This document shows positions 13,501-27,775 of a stretch of 64,000 nt of DNA, in pieces. The position numbers and the translations under genes are program-made. Within the stretch, counting starts at the first letter, position 1. Each line of letters starts with the position of its first letter. The notes below the pieces were generated by a model, which did not search any database, was not told where the DNA came from, and saw nothing but the letters and a program-made list of their open reading frames with translations. This DNA is from Tubulanus polymorphus (lineage: Eukaryota; Animalia; Nemertea): assembly GCF_964204645.1 (NCBI RefSeq), contig NW_027437452.1:1-64000 (forward strand). Direction: 5' to 3'.

Positions 13501-16500
13501 CGGGTCGAAATGTATCGAAATGTGCTTTTCCCGTCGATTTGAGCGCTTTTGCGTATCGACATTTTCATTTTTTCGATACTGGGAAAACTTGATGAGAAAA
13601 CGTCTTTTCTCGCGCTGAACGATGTTTTTGGGTCGAAATGTGCTTTTCCCGTCGATGTGAGCGCTTTTGCGCATCGACATTTTCATTTTTTCGATACGGG
13701 GAAAACTTGATGAGAAAACGTCTTTTCTCGCGCTGAACGACGTTTCTGGGTCGAAATGTATCGAAATGTGCTTTTCCCGTCGATTTGAGCGCTTTTGCGC
13801 ATCGACAATTTCATTTTTTCGATACGGGGAAAACTTGATGAGAAAACGTCTTTTCTCGCGCTGAACGACGTTTCTGGGTCGAAATGTGCTTTTCCCCGTC
13901 GATTTGAGCGCTTTTGCGCATCGATATTTTCATTTTTTCGATATGGGGAAGATCTGATGAGAAAACGTCTTTTCTCGCGCTTAACGACGTTTTCGGGTCG
14001 AAATGTGCTTTTCCCGTCGATTTGAGCGTTTTTGCGTATCGGCATTTTCATTTTTTCGATACGGGGAAAACTTGATGAGAAATCGTCTTTTCTCGCGCTG
14101 AACGACGTTTTCGGGTCGAAATGTGTCGAAATGTGCTTTTCCCGTCGATTTGAGCGTTTTTGCGTATCGGCATTTTCATTTTTTCGATACGGGGAAAACT
14201 TGATGAGAAAACGTCTTTTCTCGCGCTGAACGACGTTTTCGGGTCGAAATGTGTCGAAATGTGCTTTTTCCGTCGATTTGAGCGCTTTTGCGTATCGGCA
14301 TTTTCATTTTTTCGATACGGGGAAAACTTGATGAGAAAACGTCTTTTCTAGCGCTGAACGACGTTTTCGGGTCGAAATGTGCTTTTCCCGTTGATTTTAG
14401 CGCTTTTGCGTATCGATGTTTTCATTTTTTCGATATGGGAAAGATCTGATGAAAAAACGTCTTTTCTCGCGCTTTACGACGTTTTCGGGTCAAAATGTGC
14501 TTTTCCCGTCGATTTGAGCATTTTTGCGCATCGACATTTTCATTTCTTCGATACGGGGAGAACTTGATGAGAAAACGTCTTTCCTCGCGCTTAACGACGT
14601 TTTTGGGTCGAAATGTGCTTTTCCCGTCGATTTGAGCGTTTTTGCGTATCGGCATTTTCATTTTTTCGATACGGGGAAAACTTGATGAGAAAACGTCTTT
14701 TCTCACGCTGAACGACGTTTTTGGGTCGAAATGTGTCGAAATGTGCTTTTCCTGTCGATTTGAGCGCTTTTGCGCATCGACAATTTCATTTTTTCGATAC
14801 GGGGAAAACTTGATGAGAAAACGTCTTTCCTCGCGCTGAACGACGTTTTCGGGTCGAAATGTATCGAAATGTGCTTTTCCCGTCGATTTGAGCGCTTTTG
14901 CGTATCGACATTTTCATTTTTTTGATACTGGGAAAACTTGATGAGAAAACGTCTTTTCTCGCGCTGAACGACGTTTTTGGGTCGAAATGTGCTTTTCCCG
15001 TCGATGTGAGCGCTTTTGCGCATCGACATTTTCATATTTTTGATACGGGGAAAACTTGATAAGAAAACGTCTTTTCTAGCGCTGAACGACGTTTTCGGGT
15101 CGAAATGTATCGAAATGTGCTTTTCCCGTCGATTTGAGCGCTTTTGCGCATCGACAATTTCATTTTTTCGATACGGGGAAAACTTGATGAGAAAACGTCT
15201 TTTCTCGCGCTGAACGACGTTTCTGGGTCGAAATGTGCTTTTCCCGTCGATTTGAGCGCTTTTGCGCATCGATATTTTCATTTTTTCGATATGGGGAAGA
15301 TCTCATGAGAAAACGGCTTTTCTCGCGCTTAACGACGTTTTCGGGTCGAAATGTGCTTTTCCCGTCGATTTGAGCGTTTTTGCGTATCGGCATTTTCATT
15401 TTTTCGATACGGGGAAAACTTGATGAGAAAACGTCTTTTCTTGCGCTGAACGACGTTTTTGGGTCGAAATGTGTCGATATGTGCTTTTTCCGTCGATTTG
15501 AGCGCTTTTGCGCATCGACAATTTCATTTTTTCGATACGGAGAAAACTTGATGAGAAAACGTCTTTTCTCGCGCTGAACGACGTTTTCGGTTCGAAATGT
15601 GCTTTTCCCGTCGATTTGAGCGCTTTTGCGTATGGACATTTTCATTTTTTCGATACTGGGAAAACTTGATGAGAAAACGTCTTTTCTCGCGCTGAACGAC
15701 GTTTTCGGGTCGAAATGTATCGAAATGTGCTTTTCCCGTCGATTTGAGCGCTTTTGCGTATCGACCTTTTCATTTTTTCGATACGGGGAAAACTTGATGA
15801 GAAAACGTCTTTCCTCGCGCTGAACGACGTTTTCGGGTCGAAATGTATCGAAATGTGCTTTTCCCGTCGATTTGAGCGCTTTTGCGTATCGACATTTTCA
15901 TTTTTTCGATATGGGGAAGATCTGATGAGAAAACGTCTTTTCTCGCGCTTAACGACGTTTTCGGGTCGAAATGTATCGAAATGTGCTTTTCCCGTCGATT
16001 TGAGCGCTTTTGCGTATCGACATTTTCATTTTTTCGATATGGGGAAGATCTGATGAGAAAACGTCTTTTCTCGCGCTTAACGACGTTTTCGGGTCGAAAT
16101 GTGCTTTTCCCGTCGATTTGAGCGTTTTTGCGTATCGGCATTTTCATTTTTTCGATACGGGGAAAACTTGATGAGAAAACGTCTTTTCTCGCGCTGAACG
16201 ACGTTTTTAAGTCGAAATGTGTCGAAATGTGCTTTTTCCGTCGATTTGAGCGCTTTTGCGCATCGACAATTTCATTTTTTCGATACGGAGAAAACTTGAT
16301 GAGAAAACGTCTTTTCTCGCGCTGAACGACGTTTTCGGGTCGAAATGTATCGAAATGTGCTTTTCCCGTCGATTTGAGCGCTTTTGTGTATCGACATTTT
16401 CATTTTTTCGATACGGGGAAAACTTGATGAGAAAACGTCTTTCCTCGCGCTGAACGACGTTTTCGGGTCGAAATGTATCGAAATGCGCTTTCCCGTCGAT

Positions 16501-19500
16501 TTGAGCGCTTTTGCGTATCGACATTTTCATTTTTTGATACTGGGAAAACTTGATGAGAAAACGTCTTTTCTCGCGCTGAACGACGTTTTTGGGTCGAAAT
16601 GTGCTTTTCCCGTCGATGTGAGCGCTTTTGCGCATCGACATTTTCATTTTTTCGATACGGGGAAAACTTGATAAGAAAACGTCTTTTCTAGCGCTGAACG
16701 ACGTTTTCGGGTCGAAATGTATCGAAATGTGCTTTTCCGTCGATTTGAGCGCTTTTGCGTATCGACATTTTCATTTTTTCGATACTGGGAAAACTTGATG
16801 AGAAAACGTCTTTTCACGCGCATAACGACGTTTCTGGGTCGAAATGTGCTTTTCTCGTCGATTTGAGCGCTTTTGCGCATCGACAATTTCATTTTTTCGA
16901 TACGGGGAAAACTTGATAAGAAAACGTCTTTTCTAGCGCTGAACGACGTTTTCGGGTCGAAATGTATCGAAATGTGCTTTTCCTGTCGATTTGAGCGCTT
17001 TTGCGTATCGACATTTTCATTTTTTCGATACTGGGAAAACTTGATGAGAAAACGTCTTTTCTCGCGCTGAACGACGTTTTTGGGTCGAAATGTGCTTTTC
17101 CCGTCGATGTGAGCACTTTTGCGCATCGACATTTTCATTTTTTCGATACGTGGAAAACTCGATGAGAAAACGGCTTTTCTCGCGCTGAACGACGTTTTTG
17201 GGTCGAAATGTGTCGAAATGTGCTTTTCCCGTCGATTTGAGCGCTTTTGCGCATCGACAATTTCATTTTTTCGATACGGGGAAAACTTGATGAGAAAACG
17301 TCTTTCCTCGCGCTGAACGACGTTTTCGGGTCGAAATGTATCGAAATGTGCTTTTCCCGTCGATTTGAGCGCTTTTGCGTATCGACGTTTTCATTTTTTT
17401 GATACTGGGAAAACTTGATGAGAAAACGTCTTTTCTCGCGCTGAACGACGTTTTTGGGTCGAAAAGTGCTTTTCCCGTCGATGTGAGCGCTTTTGCGCAT
17501 CGTCATTTTCATTTTTTCGATACGGTGGAAAACTTGATAAGAAAACGTCTTTTCTAGCGCTGAACGACGTTTTCGGGTCGAAATGTATCGAAATGTGCTT
17601 TTCCCGTCGATTTGAGCGCTTTTGCGCATCGACAATTTCATTTTTTCGATACGGGGAAAACTTGATGAGAAAACGTCTTTTCTCGCGCTGAACGACGTTT
17701 CTGGGTCGAAATGTGCTTTTCCCGTCGATTTGAGCGCTTTTGCGCATCGATATTTTCATTTTTTCGATATGGGAAGATCTGATGAGAAAACGTCTTTTCT
17801 CGCGCTTAACGACGTTTTCGGGTCGAAATGTGCTTTTCCCGTCGATTTGAGCGTTTTTGCGTATCGGCATTTTCATTTTTTCGATACGGGGAAAACTTGT
17901 TGAGAAAACGTCTTTTCTAGCGCTGAACGACGTTTTCGGGTCGAAATGTGCTTTTCCCGTCGATTTTAGCGCTTTTGCGTATCGATGTTTTCATTTTTTC
18001 GATATGGGAAAGATCTGATGAAAAAACGTCTTTTCTCGCGCTTTACGACGTTTTCGGGTCAAAATGTGCTTTTCCCGTCGATTTGAGCATTTTTGCGCAT
18101 CGACATTTTCATTTCTTCGATACGGGGAGAACTTGATGAGAAAACGTCTTTTCTCGCGCTGAACGACGTTTACGGGTCGAAATGTATCGAAATGTGCTTT
18201 TCCCGACGATTTGAGCGCTTTTGCGTATCGACATTTTCATTTTTTCGATACGGGGAAAACTTGATGAGAAAACGTCTTTTCTCGCGCTGAACGACGTTTT
18301 CGGGTCGAAATGTGTCGAAAGGTGCTTTTCCCGTCGATTTGAGCGCTTTTGCGTATCGGCATTTTCATTTTTTCGATACGGGGAAAACTTGATGAGAAAA
18401 CGTCTTTTCTAGCGCTGAACGACGTTTACGGGTCGAAATGTGCTTTTTTTGTCGATTTGAGCGCTTTTGCGTATCGACATTTTCATTTTTTCGATACGTG
18501 GAAAACTCGATGAGAAAACGTCTTTTCTCACGCTGAACGACGATTTTGGGTCGAAATGTGTCGAAATGTGCTTTTCCCGTCGATTTGAGCGCTTTTGCGC
18601 ATCGACAATTTCATTTTTTCGATACGGGGAAAACTTGATGAGAAAACGTCTTTTCTCGCGCTGAACGACGTTTCTGGGTCGAAATGTGCTTTTCCCGTCG
18701 ATTTGAGCGCTTTTGCGCATCGATATTTTCATTTTTTCGATATGGGGAAGATCTGATGAGAAAACGTCTTTTCTCGCGCTTAACGACGTTTTCGGGTCGA
18801 AATGTGCTTTTCCCGTCGATTTGAGCGCTTTTGCGTATCGGCATTTTCATTTTTTCGATACGGAGAAAACTTGATGAGAAAACGTCATTTCTCGCGCTGA
18901 ACGACGTTTTTGGGTCGAAATGTGTCGAAATGTGCTTTTTCCGTCGATTTGACCGCTTTTGCGCATCGACAATTTCATTTTTTCGATACGGAGAAAACTT
19001 GATGAGAAAACGTCTTTTCTCGCGCTGAACGACGTTTTCGGGTCGAAATGTATCGAAATGTGCTTTTCCGTTCGAATTGAGCGCTTTTGCGTATCGACAT
19101 TTTCATTTCATCGATACGGGGAAAACTTGATGAGAAAACGTCTTTTTTTGCGCAGAAAGATGTTTTCTGGTCGAAATGTACTTTTCCCGTCAATTTGTGC
19201 GCTTTTGCGCATCGACATTTTCATTTTTTCGATACGGGGAGAACTTGATAAGAAAACGTCTTCTCTAGGGCTGAACGACGTTTCCGGGTCGAAATGTATC
19301 GAAATGTGCTTTTCCCGACGATTTGAGCGCTTTTGCGTATCGACATTTTCATTTTTTCGATACCGGGAAAACTTGATGAGAAAACGTCTTTTCTCGCGCT
19401 GAACGACGTTTTCGGGTCGAAATGTGTCGAAAGGTGCTTTTCCCGTCGATTTGAGCGCTTTTGCGTATCGGCATTTTCATTTTTTCGATACGGGGAAAAC

Positions 19501-22500
19501 TTGATGAGAAAACGTCTTTTCTCGCGCTGAACGACGTTTTCGGGTCGAAATGTATCGAAATGTGCTTTTCCGTTCGATTTGAGCGCTTTTGCGTATCGAC
19601 ATTTTCATTTTTTCGATACGGGGAAAACTTGATGAGAAAACGTCTTTTCTCGCGCTGAACGACGTTTTCGGGTCGAAATGTGCTTTTCCCGTCGATTTGA
19701 GCGCTTTTGCGTATCGACATTTTCATTTTTTCGATACTGGGAAAACTTGATGAGAAAACGTCTTTTCTCGCGCATAATGACGTTTCTGGGTCGAAATGTG
19801 CTTTTCTCGTCGATTTGAGCGCTTTTGCGTATCGACATTTTCATTTTTTCGATACTGGGAAAACTTGATGAGAAAACGTCTTTTCTCGCGCTGAACGACG
19901 TTTTTGGGTTGAAATGTGCTTTTCCCGTCGATGTGAGCGCTTTTGCGCATCGACATTTTCATTTTTTCGACACGTGGAAAACTCGATGAGAAAACGTCTT
20001 TTCTCGCGCTGAACGACGTTTTTGGGTCGAAATGTGTCGAAATGTGCTTTTCCCGTCGATTTGAGCGCTTTTGCGCATCGACAATTTCATTTTTTCGATA
20101 CGGGGAAAACTTGATAAGAAAACGTCTTTTCTAGCGCTGAACGACGTTTTCGGGTCGAAATGTATCGAAATGTGCTTTTCCCGTCGATTTGAGCGCTTTT
20201 GCGCATCGACAATTTCATTTTTACGATACGGAGAAAACTTGATGAGAAAACGTCTTTTCTTGCGCTGAACGACGTTTTTGGGTCGAAATGTGCTTCTCCC
20301 GTCGATTTGAGCGCTTTTGCTTATCGATATTTTCATTTTTTCGATATGGGGAAGATCTGATGAAAAAACGTCTTTTCTCGCGCTTTACGACGTTTTCGGG
20401 TCGAAATGTGCTTTTCCCGTCGATTTGAGCATTTTTGGGCATCGACATTTTCATTTCTTCGATACGGGGAAAACTTGATAAGAAAACGTCTTTTTTTGCG
20501 CTGAAAGATGTTTTCTGGTCGAAATGTACTTTTCCCGTCAATTTGTGCGCTTTTGCGCATCGACATTTTCATTTTTTCGATACGGGGAAAACTTGATGAG
20601 AAAACGTCTTCTCTAGGGCTGAACGACGTTTCCGGGTCGAAATGTATCGAAATGTGCTTTTCTCGACGATTTGAGCGCTTTTGCGTATCGACATTTTCAT
20701 TTTTTCGATACCGGGAAAACTTGATGAGAAAACGTCTTTTCTCGCGCTGAACGACGTTTTCGGGTCGAAATGTGTCGAAAGGTGCTTTTCCCGTCGATTT
20801 GAGCGCTTTTGCGTATCGGCATTTTCATTTTTTCGATACGGGGAAAACTTGATGAGAAAACGTCTTTTCTCGCGCTGAACGACGTTTTCGGGTCGAAATG
20901 TATCGAAATGTGCTTTTCCGTTCGATTTGAGCGCTTTTGCGTATCGACATTTTCATTTTTTCGATACGGGGAAAACTTGATGAGAAAACGTCTTTTCTCG
21001 CGCTGAACGACGTTTTTGGGTCGAAATGTGCTTTTCCCGTCGATTTGAGCGCTTTTGCGTATCGACATTTTCCTTTTTTTCGATACTGGGAAAACTTGAT
21101 GAGAAAACGTCTTTTCTCGCGCATAATGACGTTTCTGGGTCGAAATGTGCTTTTCTCGTCGATTTGAGCGCTTTTGCGTATCGACATTTTCATTTTTTCG
21201 ATACTGGGAAAACTTGATGAGAAAACGTCTTTTCTCGCGCTGAACGACGTTTTTGGGTCGAAATGTGCTTTTCCCGTCGATGTGAGCGCTTTTGTGCATC
21301 GACATTTTCATTTTTTCGACACGTGGAAAACTCGATGAGAAAACGTCTTTTCTCGCGCTGAACGACGTTTTTGGGTCGAAATGTGTCGAAATGTGCTTTT
21401 CCCGTCGATTTGAGCGCTTTTGCGCATCGACAATTTCATTTTTTCGATACGGGGAAAACTTGATAAGAAAACGTCTTTTCTAGCGCTGAACGACGTTTTC
21501 GGGTCGAAATGTATCGAAATGTGCTTTTCCCGTCGATTTGAGTGCTTTTGCGCATCGACAATTTCATTTTTTCGATACGGGGAAAACTTGATGAGAAAAC
21601 GTCTTTTCTCGCGCTGAACGACGTTTCTGGGTCGAAATGTGCTTTTCCCGTCGATTTGAGCGCTTTTGCGCATCGATATTTTCATTTTTTCGATATGGGG
21701 AAGATCTGATGAGAAAACCTCTTTTCTCGCGCTTAACGACGTTTTCGGGTCGAAATGTGCTTTACCCGTCGATTTGAGCGCTTTTGCGTATCGGCATTTT
21801 CATTTTTTCGATACGGAGAAAACTTGATGAAAAAACGTCTTTTCTCGCGCTGAACGACGTTTTTGGGTCGAAATGTGTCGAAATGTGCTTTTTCCGTCGA
21901 TTTGACCGCTTGGTGAAAACTTGATAAGAAAACGTCTTTTCTAGCGCTGAACGACGTTTTCGGGTCGAAATGTATCGAAATGTGCTTTTCCCGTCGATTT
22001 GAGCGCTTTTGCCTATCGACATTTTCATTTTTTCGATACTGGGAAAACTTGATGTGAAAACGTCTTTTCTCGCGCTGAACGACGTTTTTGGGTCGAAATG
22101 TGCTTTTCCCGTCGATGTGAGCGCTTTTGCGCATCGACAATTTCATTTTTTCGACACGTGGAAAACTCGATGAGAAAACGTCTTTTCTCACGCTGAACGA
22201 CGTTTTTGGGTCGAAATGTGTCGAAATGTGCTTTTCCCGTCGATTTGAGCGCTTCTGCGCATCGACAATTTCATTTTTTCGATACGGGGAAAACTTGATA
22301 AGAAAACGTCTTTCCTCGCGCTGAACGACGTTTTCGGGTCGAAATGTATCGAAATGTGCTTTTCCCGTCGATTTGAGCGCTTTTGCGTATCGACCTTTTC
22401 ATTTTTTTGATACTGGGAAAACTTGATAAGAAAACGTCTTTTCTTGCGCTGAACGACGTTTTCGGGTCGAAATGTATCGAAATGTGCTTTTCCCGTCGAT

Positions 22501-25500
22501 TTGAGCGCTTTTGCGCATCGACAATTTCATTTTTTCGATACGGGGAAAACTTGATGAGAAAACGTCTTTTCTCGCGCTGAACGACGTTTCTGGGTCGAAA
22601 TGTGCTTTTCCCGTCGATTTGAGCGCTTTTGCGCATCGATATTTTCATTTTTTCGATATGGGGAAGATCTGATGAGAAAACGTCTTTTCTCGCGCTTAAC
22701 GACGTTTTCGGGTCGAAATGTGCTTTTCCCGTCGATTTGAGCGTTTTTGCGTATCGGCATTTTCATTTTTTCGATACGGGGAAAACTTGATGAGAAAACG
22801 TCTTTTCTCGCGCTGAACGACGTTTTCGGGTCGAAATGTATCGAAATGTGCTTTTCCCGTCGATTTGAGCGCTTTTGCGTATCGACATTTTCATTTTTTC
22901 GATATGGGGAAGATCTGATGAGAAAACGTCTCTTCTCGCGCTTAACGACGTTTTCGGGTCGAAATGTGCTTTTCCCGTCGATTTGAGCGTTTTTGCGTAT
23001 CGGCATTTTCATTTTTTCGATACGGGGAAAACTTGATGAGAAAACGTCTTTTCTCGCGCTGAACGACGTTTTTAAGTCGAAATGTGTCGAAATGTGCTTT
23101 TTCCGTCGATTTGAGCGCTTTTGCGCATCGACAATTTCATTTTTTCGATACGGAGAAAACTTGATGAGAAAACGTCTTTTCTCGCGCTGAACGACGTTTT
23201 CGGGTCGAAATGTATCGAAATGTGCTTTTCCCGTCGATTTGAGCGCTTTTGTGTATCGACTTTTTCATTTTTTCGATACGGGGAAAACTTGATGAGAAAA
23301 CGTCTTTCCTAGCGCTGAACGACGTTTTCGGGTCGAAATGTATCGAAATGCGCTTTCCCGTCGATTTGAGCGCTTTTGCGTATCGACATTTTCATTTTTT
23401 GATACTGGGAAAACTTGATGACAAAACGTCTTTTCTCGCGCTGAACGACGTTTTTGGGTCGAAATGTGCTTTTCCCGTCGATGTGAGCGCTTTTGCGCAT
23501 CGACATTTTCATTTTTTCGATACGGGGAAAACTTGATAAGAAAACGTCTTTTTTAGCGCTGAACGACGTTTTCGGGTCGAAATGTATCGAAATGTGCTTT
23601 TCCGTCGATTTGAGCGCTTTTGCGTATCGACATTTTCATTTTTTCGATACTGGGAAAACTTGATGAGAAAACGTCTTTTCACGCGCATAACGACGTTTCT
23701 GGGTCGAAATGTGCTTTTCTCGTCGATTTGAGCGCTTTTGCGCATCGACAATTTCATTTTTTCGATACGGGGAAAACTTGATAAGAAAACGTCTTTTCTA
23801 GCGCTGAACGACGTTTTCGGGTCGAAATGTATCGAAATGTGCTTTTCCTGTCGATTTGAGCGCTTTTGCGTATCGACATTTTCATTTTTTCGATACTGGG
23901 AAAACTTGATGAGAAAACGTCTTTTCTCGCGCTGAACGACGTTTTTGGGTCGAAATGTGCTTTTCCCGTCGATGTGAGCACTTTTGCGCATCGACATTTT
24001 CATTTTTTCGATACGTGGAAAACTCGATGAGAAAACGGCTTTTCTCGCGCTGAACGACGTTTTTGGGTCGAAATGTGTCGAAATGTGCTTTTCCCGTCGA
24101 TTTGAGCGCTTTTGCGCATCGACAATTTCATTTTTTCGATACGGGGAAAACTTGATGAGAAAACGTCTTTCCTCGCGCTGAACGACGTTTTCGGGTCGAA
24201 ATGTATCGAAATGTGCTTTTCCCGTCGATTTGAGCGCTTTTGCGTATCGACGTTTTCATTTTTTTGATACTGGGAAAACTTGATGAGAAAACGTCTTTTC
24301 TCGCGCTGAACGACGTTTTTGGGTCGAAATGTGCTTTTCCCGTCGATGTGAGCGCTTTTGCGCATCGACATTTTCATTTTTTCGATACGGTGGAAAACTT
24401 GATAAGAAAACGTCTTTTCTAGCGCTGAACGACGTTTTCGGGTCGAAATGTATCGAAATGTGCTTTTCCCGTCGATTTGAGCGCTTTTGCGCATCGACAA
24501 TTTCATTTTTTCGATACGGGGAAAACTTGATGAGAAAACGTCTTTTCTCGCGCTGAACGACGTTTCTGGGTCGAAATGTGCTTTTCCCGTCGATTTGAGC
24601 GCTTTTGCGCATCGATATTTTCATTTTTTCGATATGGGGAAGATCTGATGAGAAAACGTCTTTTCTCGCGCTTAACGACGTTTTCGGGTCGAAATGTGCT
24701 TTTCCCGTCGATTTGAGCGTTTTTGCGTATCGGCATTTTCATTTTTTCGATACGGGGAAAACTTGATGAGAAAACGTCTTTTCTCGCGCTGAACGACGTT
24801 TTTGGGTCGAAATGTGTCGAAATGTGCTTTTTCCGTCGATTTGAGCGCTTTTGCGCATCAACAATTTCATTTTTTCGATACGGAGAAAACTTGATGAGAA
24901 AACGTCTTTTCTCGCTCTGAACGACGTTTTCGGTTCGAAATGTGCTTTTCCCGTCGATTTGAGCGCTTTTGCGTATCGACATTTTCATTTTTTCGATACG
25001 GGGAAAACTTGATGAGAAAACGTCTTTCCTCGCGCTGAACGACGTTTTCGGGTCGAAATGTATCGAAATGTGCTTTTCCCGTCGATTTGAGCGCTTTTGC
25101 GCATCGACAATTTCATTTTTTCGATACGGGGAAAACTTGATGAGAAAACGTCTTTTCTCGCGCTGAACGACGTTTCTGGGTCGAAATGTGCTTTTCCCGT
25201 CGATTTGAGCGCTTTTGCGCATCGATATTTTCATTTTTTCGATATGGGGAAGATCTGATGAGAAAACGTCTTTTCTCGCGCTTAACGACGTTTTCGGGTC
25301 GAAATGTGCTTTTCCCGTCGATTTGAGCGTTTTTGCGTATCGGCATTTTCATTTTTTCGATACGGGGAAAACTTGATGAGAAAACGTCTTTTCTCGCGCT
25401 GAACGACGTTTTTGGGTCGAAATGTGTCGAAATGTGCTTTTTCCGTCGATTTGAGCGCTTTTGCGCATCGACAATTTCATTTTTTCGATACGGAGAAAAC

Positions 25501-27507
25501 TTGATGAGAAAACGTCTTTTCTCGCTCTGAACGACGTTTTCGGTTCGAAATGTGCTTTTCCCGTCGATTTGAGCGCTTTTGCGTATCGACATTTTCATTT
25601 TTTCGATACGGGATAAACTTGATGAGAAAACGTCTTTCCTCGCGCTGAACGACGTTTTCGGGTCGAAATGTATCGAAATGTGCTTTTCCCGTCGATTTTA
25701 GCGCTTTTGCGTATCGACATTTTCATTTTTTTGATACTGGGAAAACTTGATGAGAAAACGTCTTTTCTCGCGCTGAACGACGTTTTTGGGTCGAAATGTG
25801 CTTTTCCCGTCGATGTGAGCACTTTTGCGCATCGACATTTTCATTTTTTCGATACGGGGAAAACTTGATAAGAAAACGTCTTTTCTAGCGCTGAACGACG
25901 TTTTCGGGTCGAAATGTATCGAAATGTGCTTTTCCCGTCGATTTGAGCGCTTTTGCGTATCGACATTTTCATTTTTTCGATACTGGGAAAACTTGATGAG
26001 AAAACGTCTTTTCACGCGCATAACGACGTTTCTGGGTCGAAATGTGCTTTTCTCGTCGATTTGAGCGCTTTTGCGTATCGACATTTTCATTTTTTCGATA
26101 CTGGGAAAACTTGATAAGAAAACGTCTTTTCTAGCGCTGAACGACGTTTTCGGGTCGAAATGTATCGAAATGTGCTTTTCCCGTCGATTTGAGCGCTTTT
26201 GCGTATCGATATTTTCATTTTTTCGATATGGGGAAGATCTGATGAAAAAACGTCTTTTCTCGCGCTTTACGACGTTTTCGGGTCGAAATGTGCTTTTCCC
26301 GTCGATTGGAGCGCTTTTGCGTGTCGACATTTTCATTTTTTCGATACGGAGAAGATCTGATGAGAAAACGTCTTTTCTCACGCTGAACGACGTTTTCGGT
26401 TCGAAATGTATCGAAATGTGCTTTTCCCGTCGATTTGAGCGCTTTTGCGTATCGACATTTTCATTTGTTCGATATGGGGAAGATCTGATGAAAAAACGTC
26501 TTTTCACGCGCTTTACGACGTTTTCGGGTCGAAATGTGTCGAAAGGTGCTTTTCCCGTCGATTTGAGCGCCTTTGCGCATCGACAATTTCATTTTTTCGA
26601 TACGGGGAAAACTTGATGAGAAAACGTCTTTTCTAGCGCTGAACGACGTTTACGGGTCGAAATGTGCTTTTCCCGTCGATTTGAGCGCTTTTGCGCTTCG
26701 ACATTTTCATTTTTTCGATACGTGGAAAACTTGATGAGAAAACCTCTTTTCTCGCGCTGAACGACGTTTTTGGGTCGAAATGTGTCGAAATGTGCTTTTC
26801 CCGTCGATTTAAGCGCTTTTGCGCATCGACAATTTCATTTTTTCGATACGGGGAAAACTTGATGAGAAAACGTCTTTTCTCGCGCTGAACGACGTTTCTG
26901 GGTCGAAATGTGCTTTTCCCGTCGATTTGAGCCCTTTTGCGTATCGACATTTTCATTTTTTCGATACGGGGAAAACTTGATGAGAAAACGTCTTTCCTCG
27001 TGCTGAACGACGTTTACGGGTCGAAATGTGCTTTTCTCGTCGATTTGAGCGCTTTTGCGCTTCGACATTTCCATTTTTTCGATACGTGGAAAACTTGATG
27101 AGAAAACGTCTTTTCTCGCGCTGAACGACGTTTTCGGGTCGAAATGTATCGAAATGTGCTTTTCCGTTCGATTTGAGCGCTTTTGCGTATCGACATTTTC
27201 ATTTTTTCGATACGGGGAAAACTTGATGAGAAAACGTCTTTTCTCGCGCTGAACGACGTTTTCTGTTCGAAATGTGCTTTTCCGTCGATTTGAGCGCTTT
27301 TGCGTATCGACATTTTCATTTTTTCGATACTGGGAAAACTTGATGAGAAAACGTCTTTTCACGCGCATAACGACGTTTCTGGGTCGAAATGTGCTTTTCT
27401 CGTCGATTTGAGCGCTTTTGCGCATCGACAATTTCATTTTTTCGATACGGGGAAAACTTGATAAGAAAACGTCTTTTCTAGCGCTGAACGACGTTTTCGG
27501 GTCGAAA
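1599..27507. repeat. Satellite DNA subfamily A, main segment
   Basis: Continuous head-to-tail 118/128-bp monomers with recurring diagnostic variants. Confidence 0.98.
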
Positions 27508-27749
27508 TGTCGAGAACAGGATGTTTATGAAAATATGTCAGTAACCATATAGTGTTCACTCCCCCTTAGCCTATGTAGCGAATCATCATATATATTAGCA
27601 TGCGCATGTGCAGTCGGGACAGATGGTTAGCCTGTGTGTGACCGAAATAAACGAGTATCTTATGATCTGTAGACTGAACCCGTCGTGTTTTTAGTCTTTC
27701 TCTTCTTTTATATCCGAACCTGGTCTTCTTTGTGACTCGCAACGCCACA
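27508..27749 (+). repeat. 5' LTR (242 bp)
   Basis: TGTCGAGAAC...GCAACGCCACA; matches 31904-32145 with 3 substitutions; contains a TA-rich TATA-like run and AATAAA at 27646-27651. Confidence 0.97.
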
Positions 27750-27750
27750 T

Positions 27751-27768
27751 TGGTGCCGTGACCAGGAT
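27751..27768 (+). promoter_or_regulatory. Primer-binding site complementary to the 3' end of tRNA-His(GUG)
   Basis: TGGTGCCGTGACCAGGAT starts 1 nt after the 5' LTR; its reverse complement ATCCTGGTCACGGCACCA matches the animal tRNA-His acceptor end as I recall it. Confidence 0.88.
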
Positions 27769-27775
27769 CAGCCGA

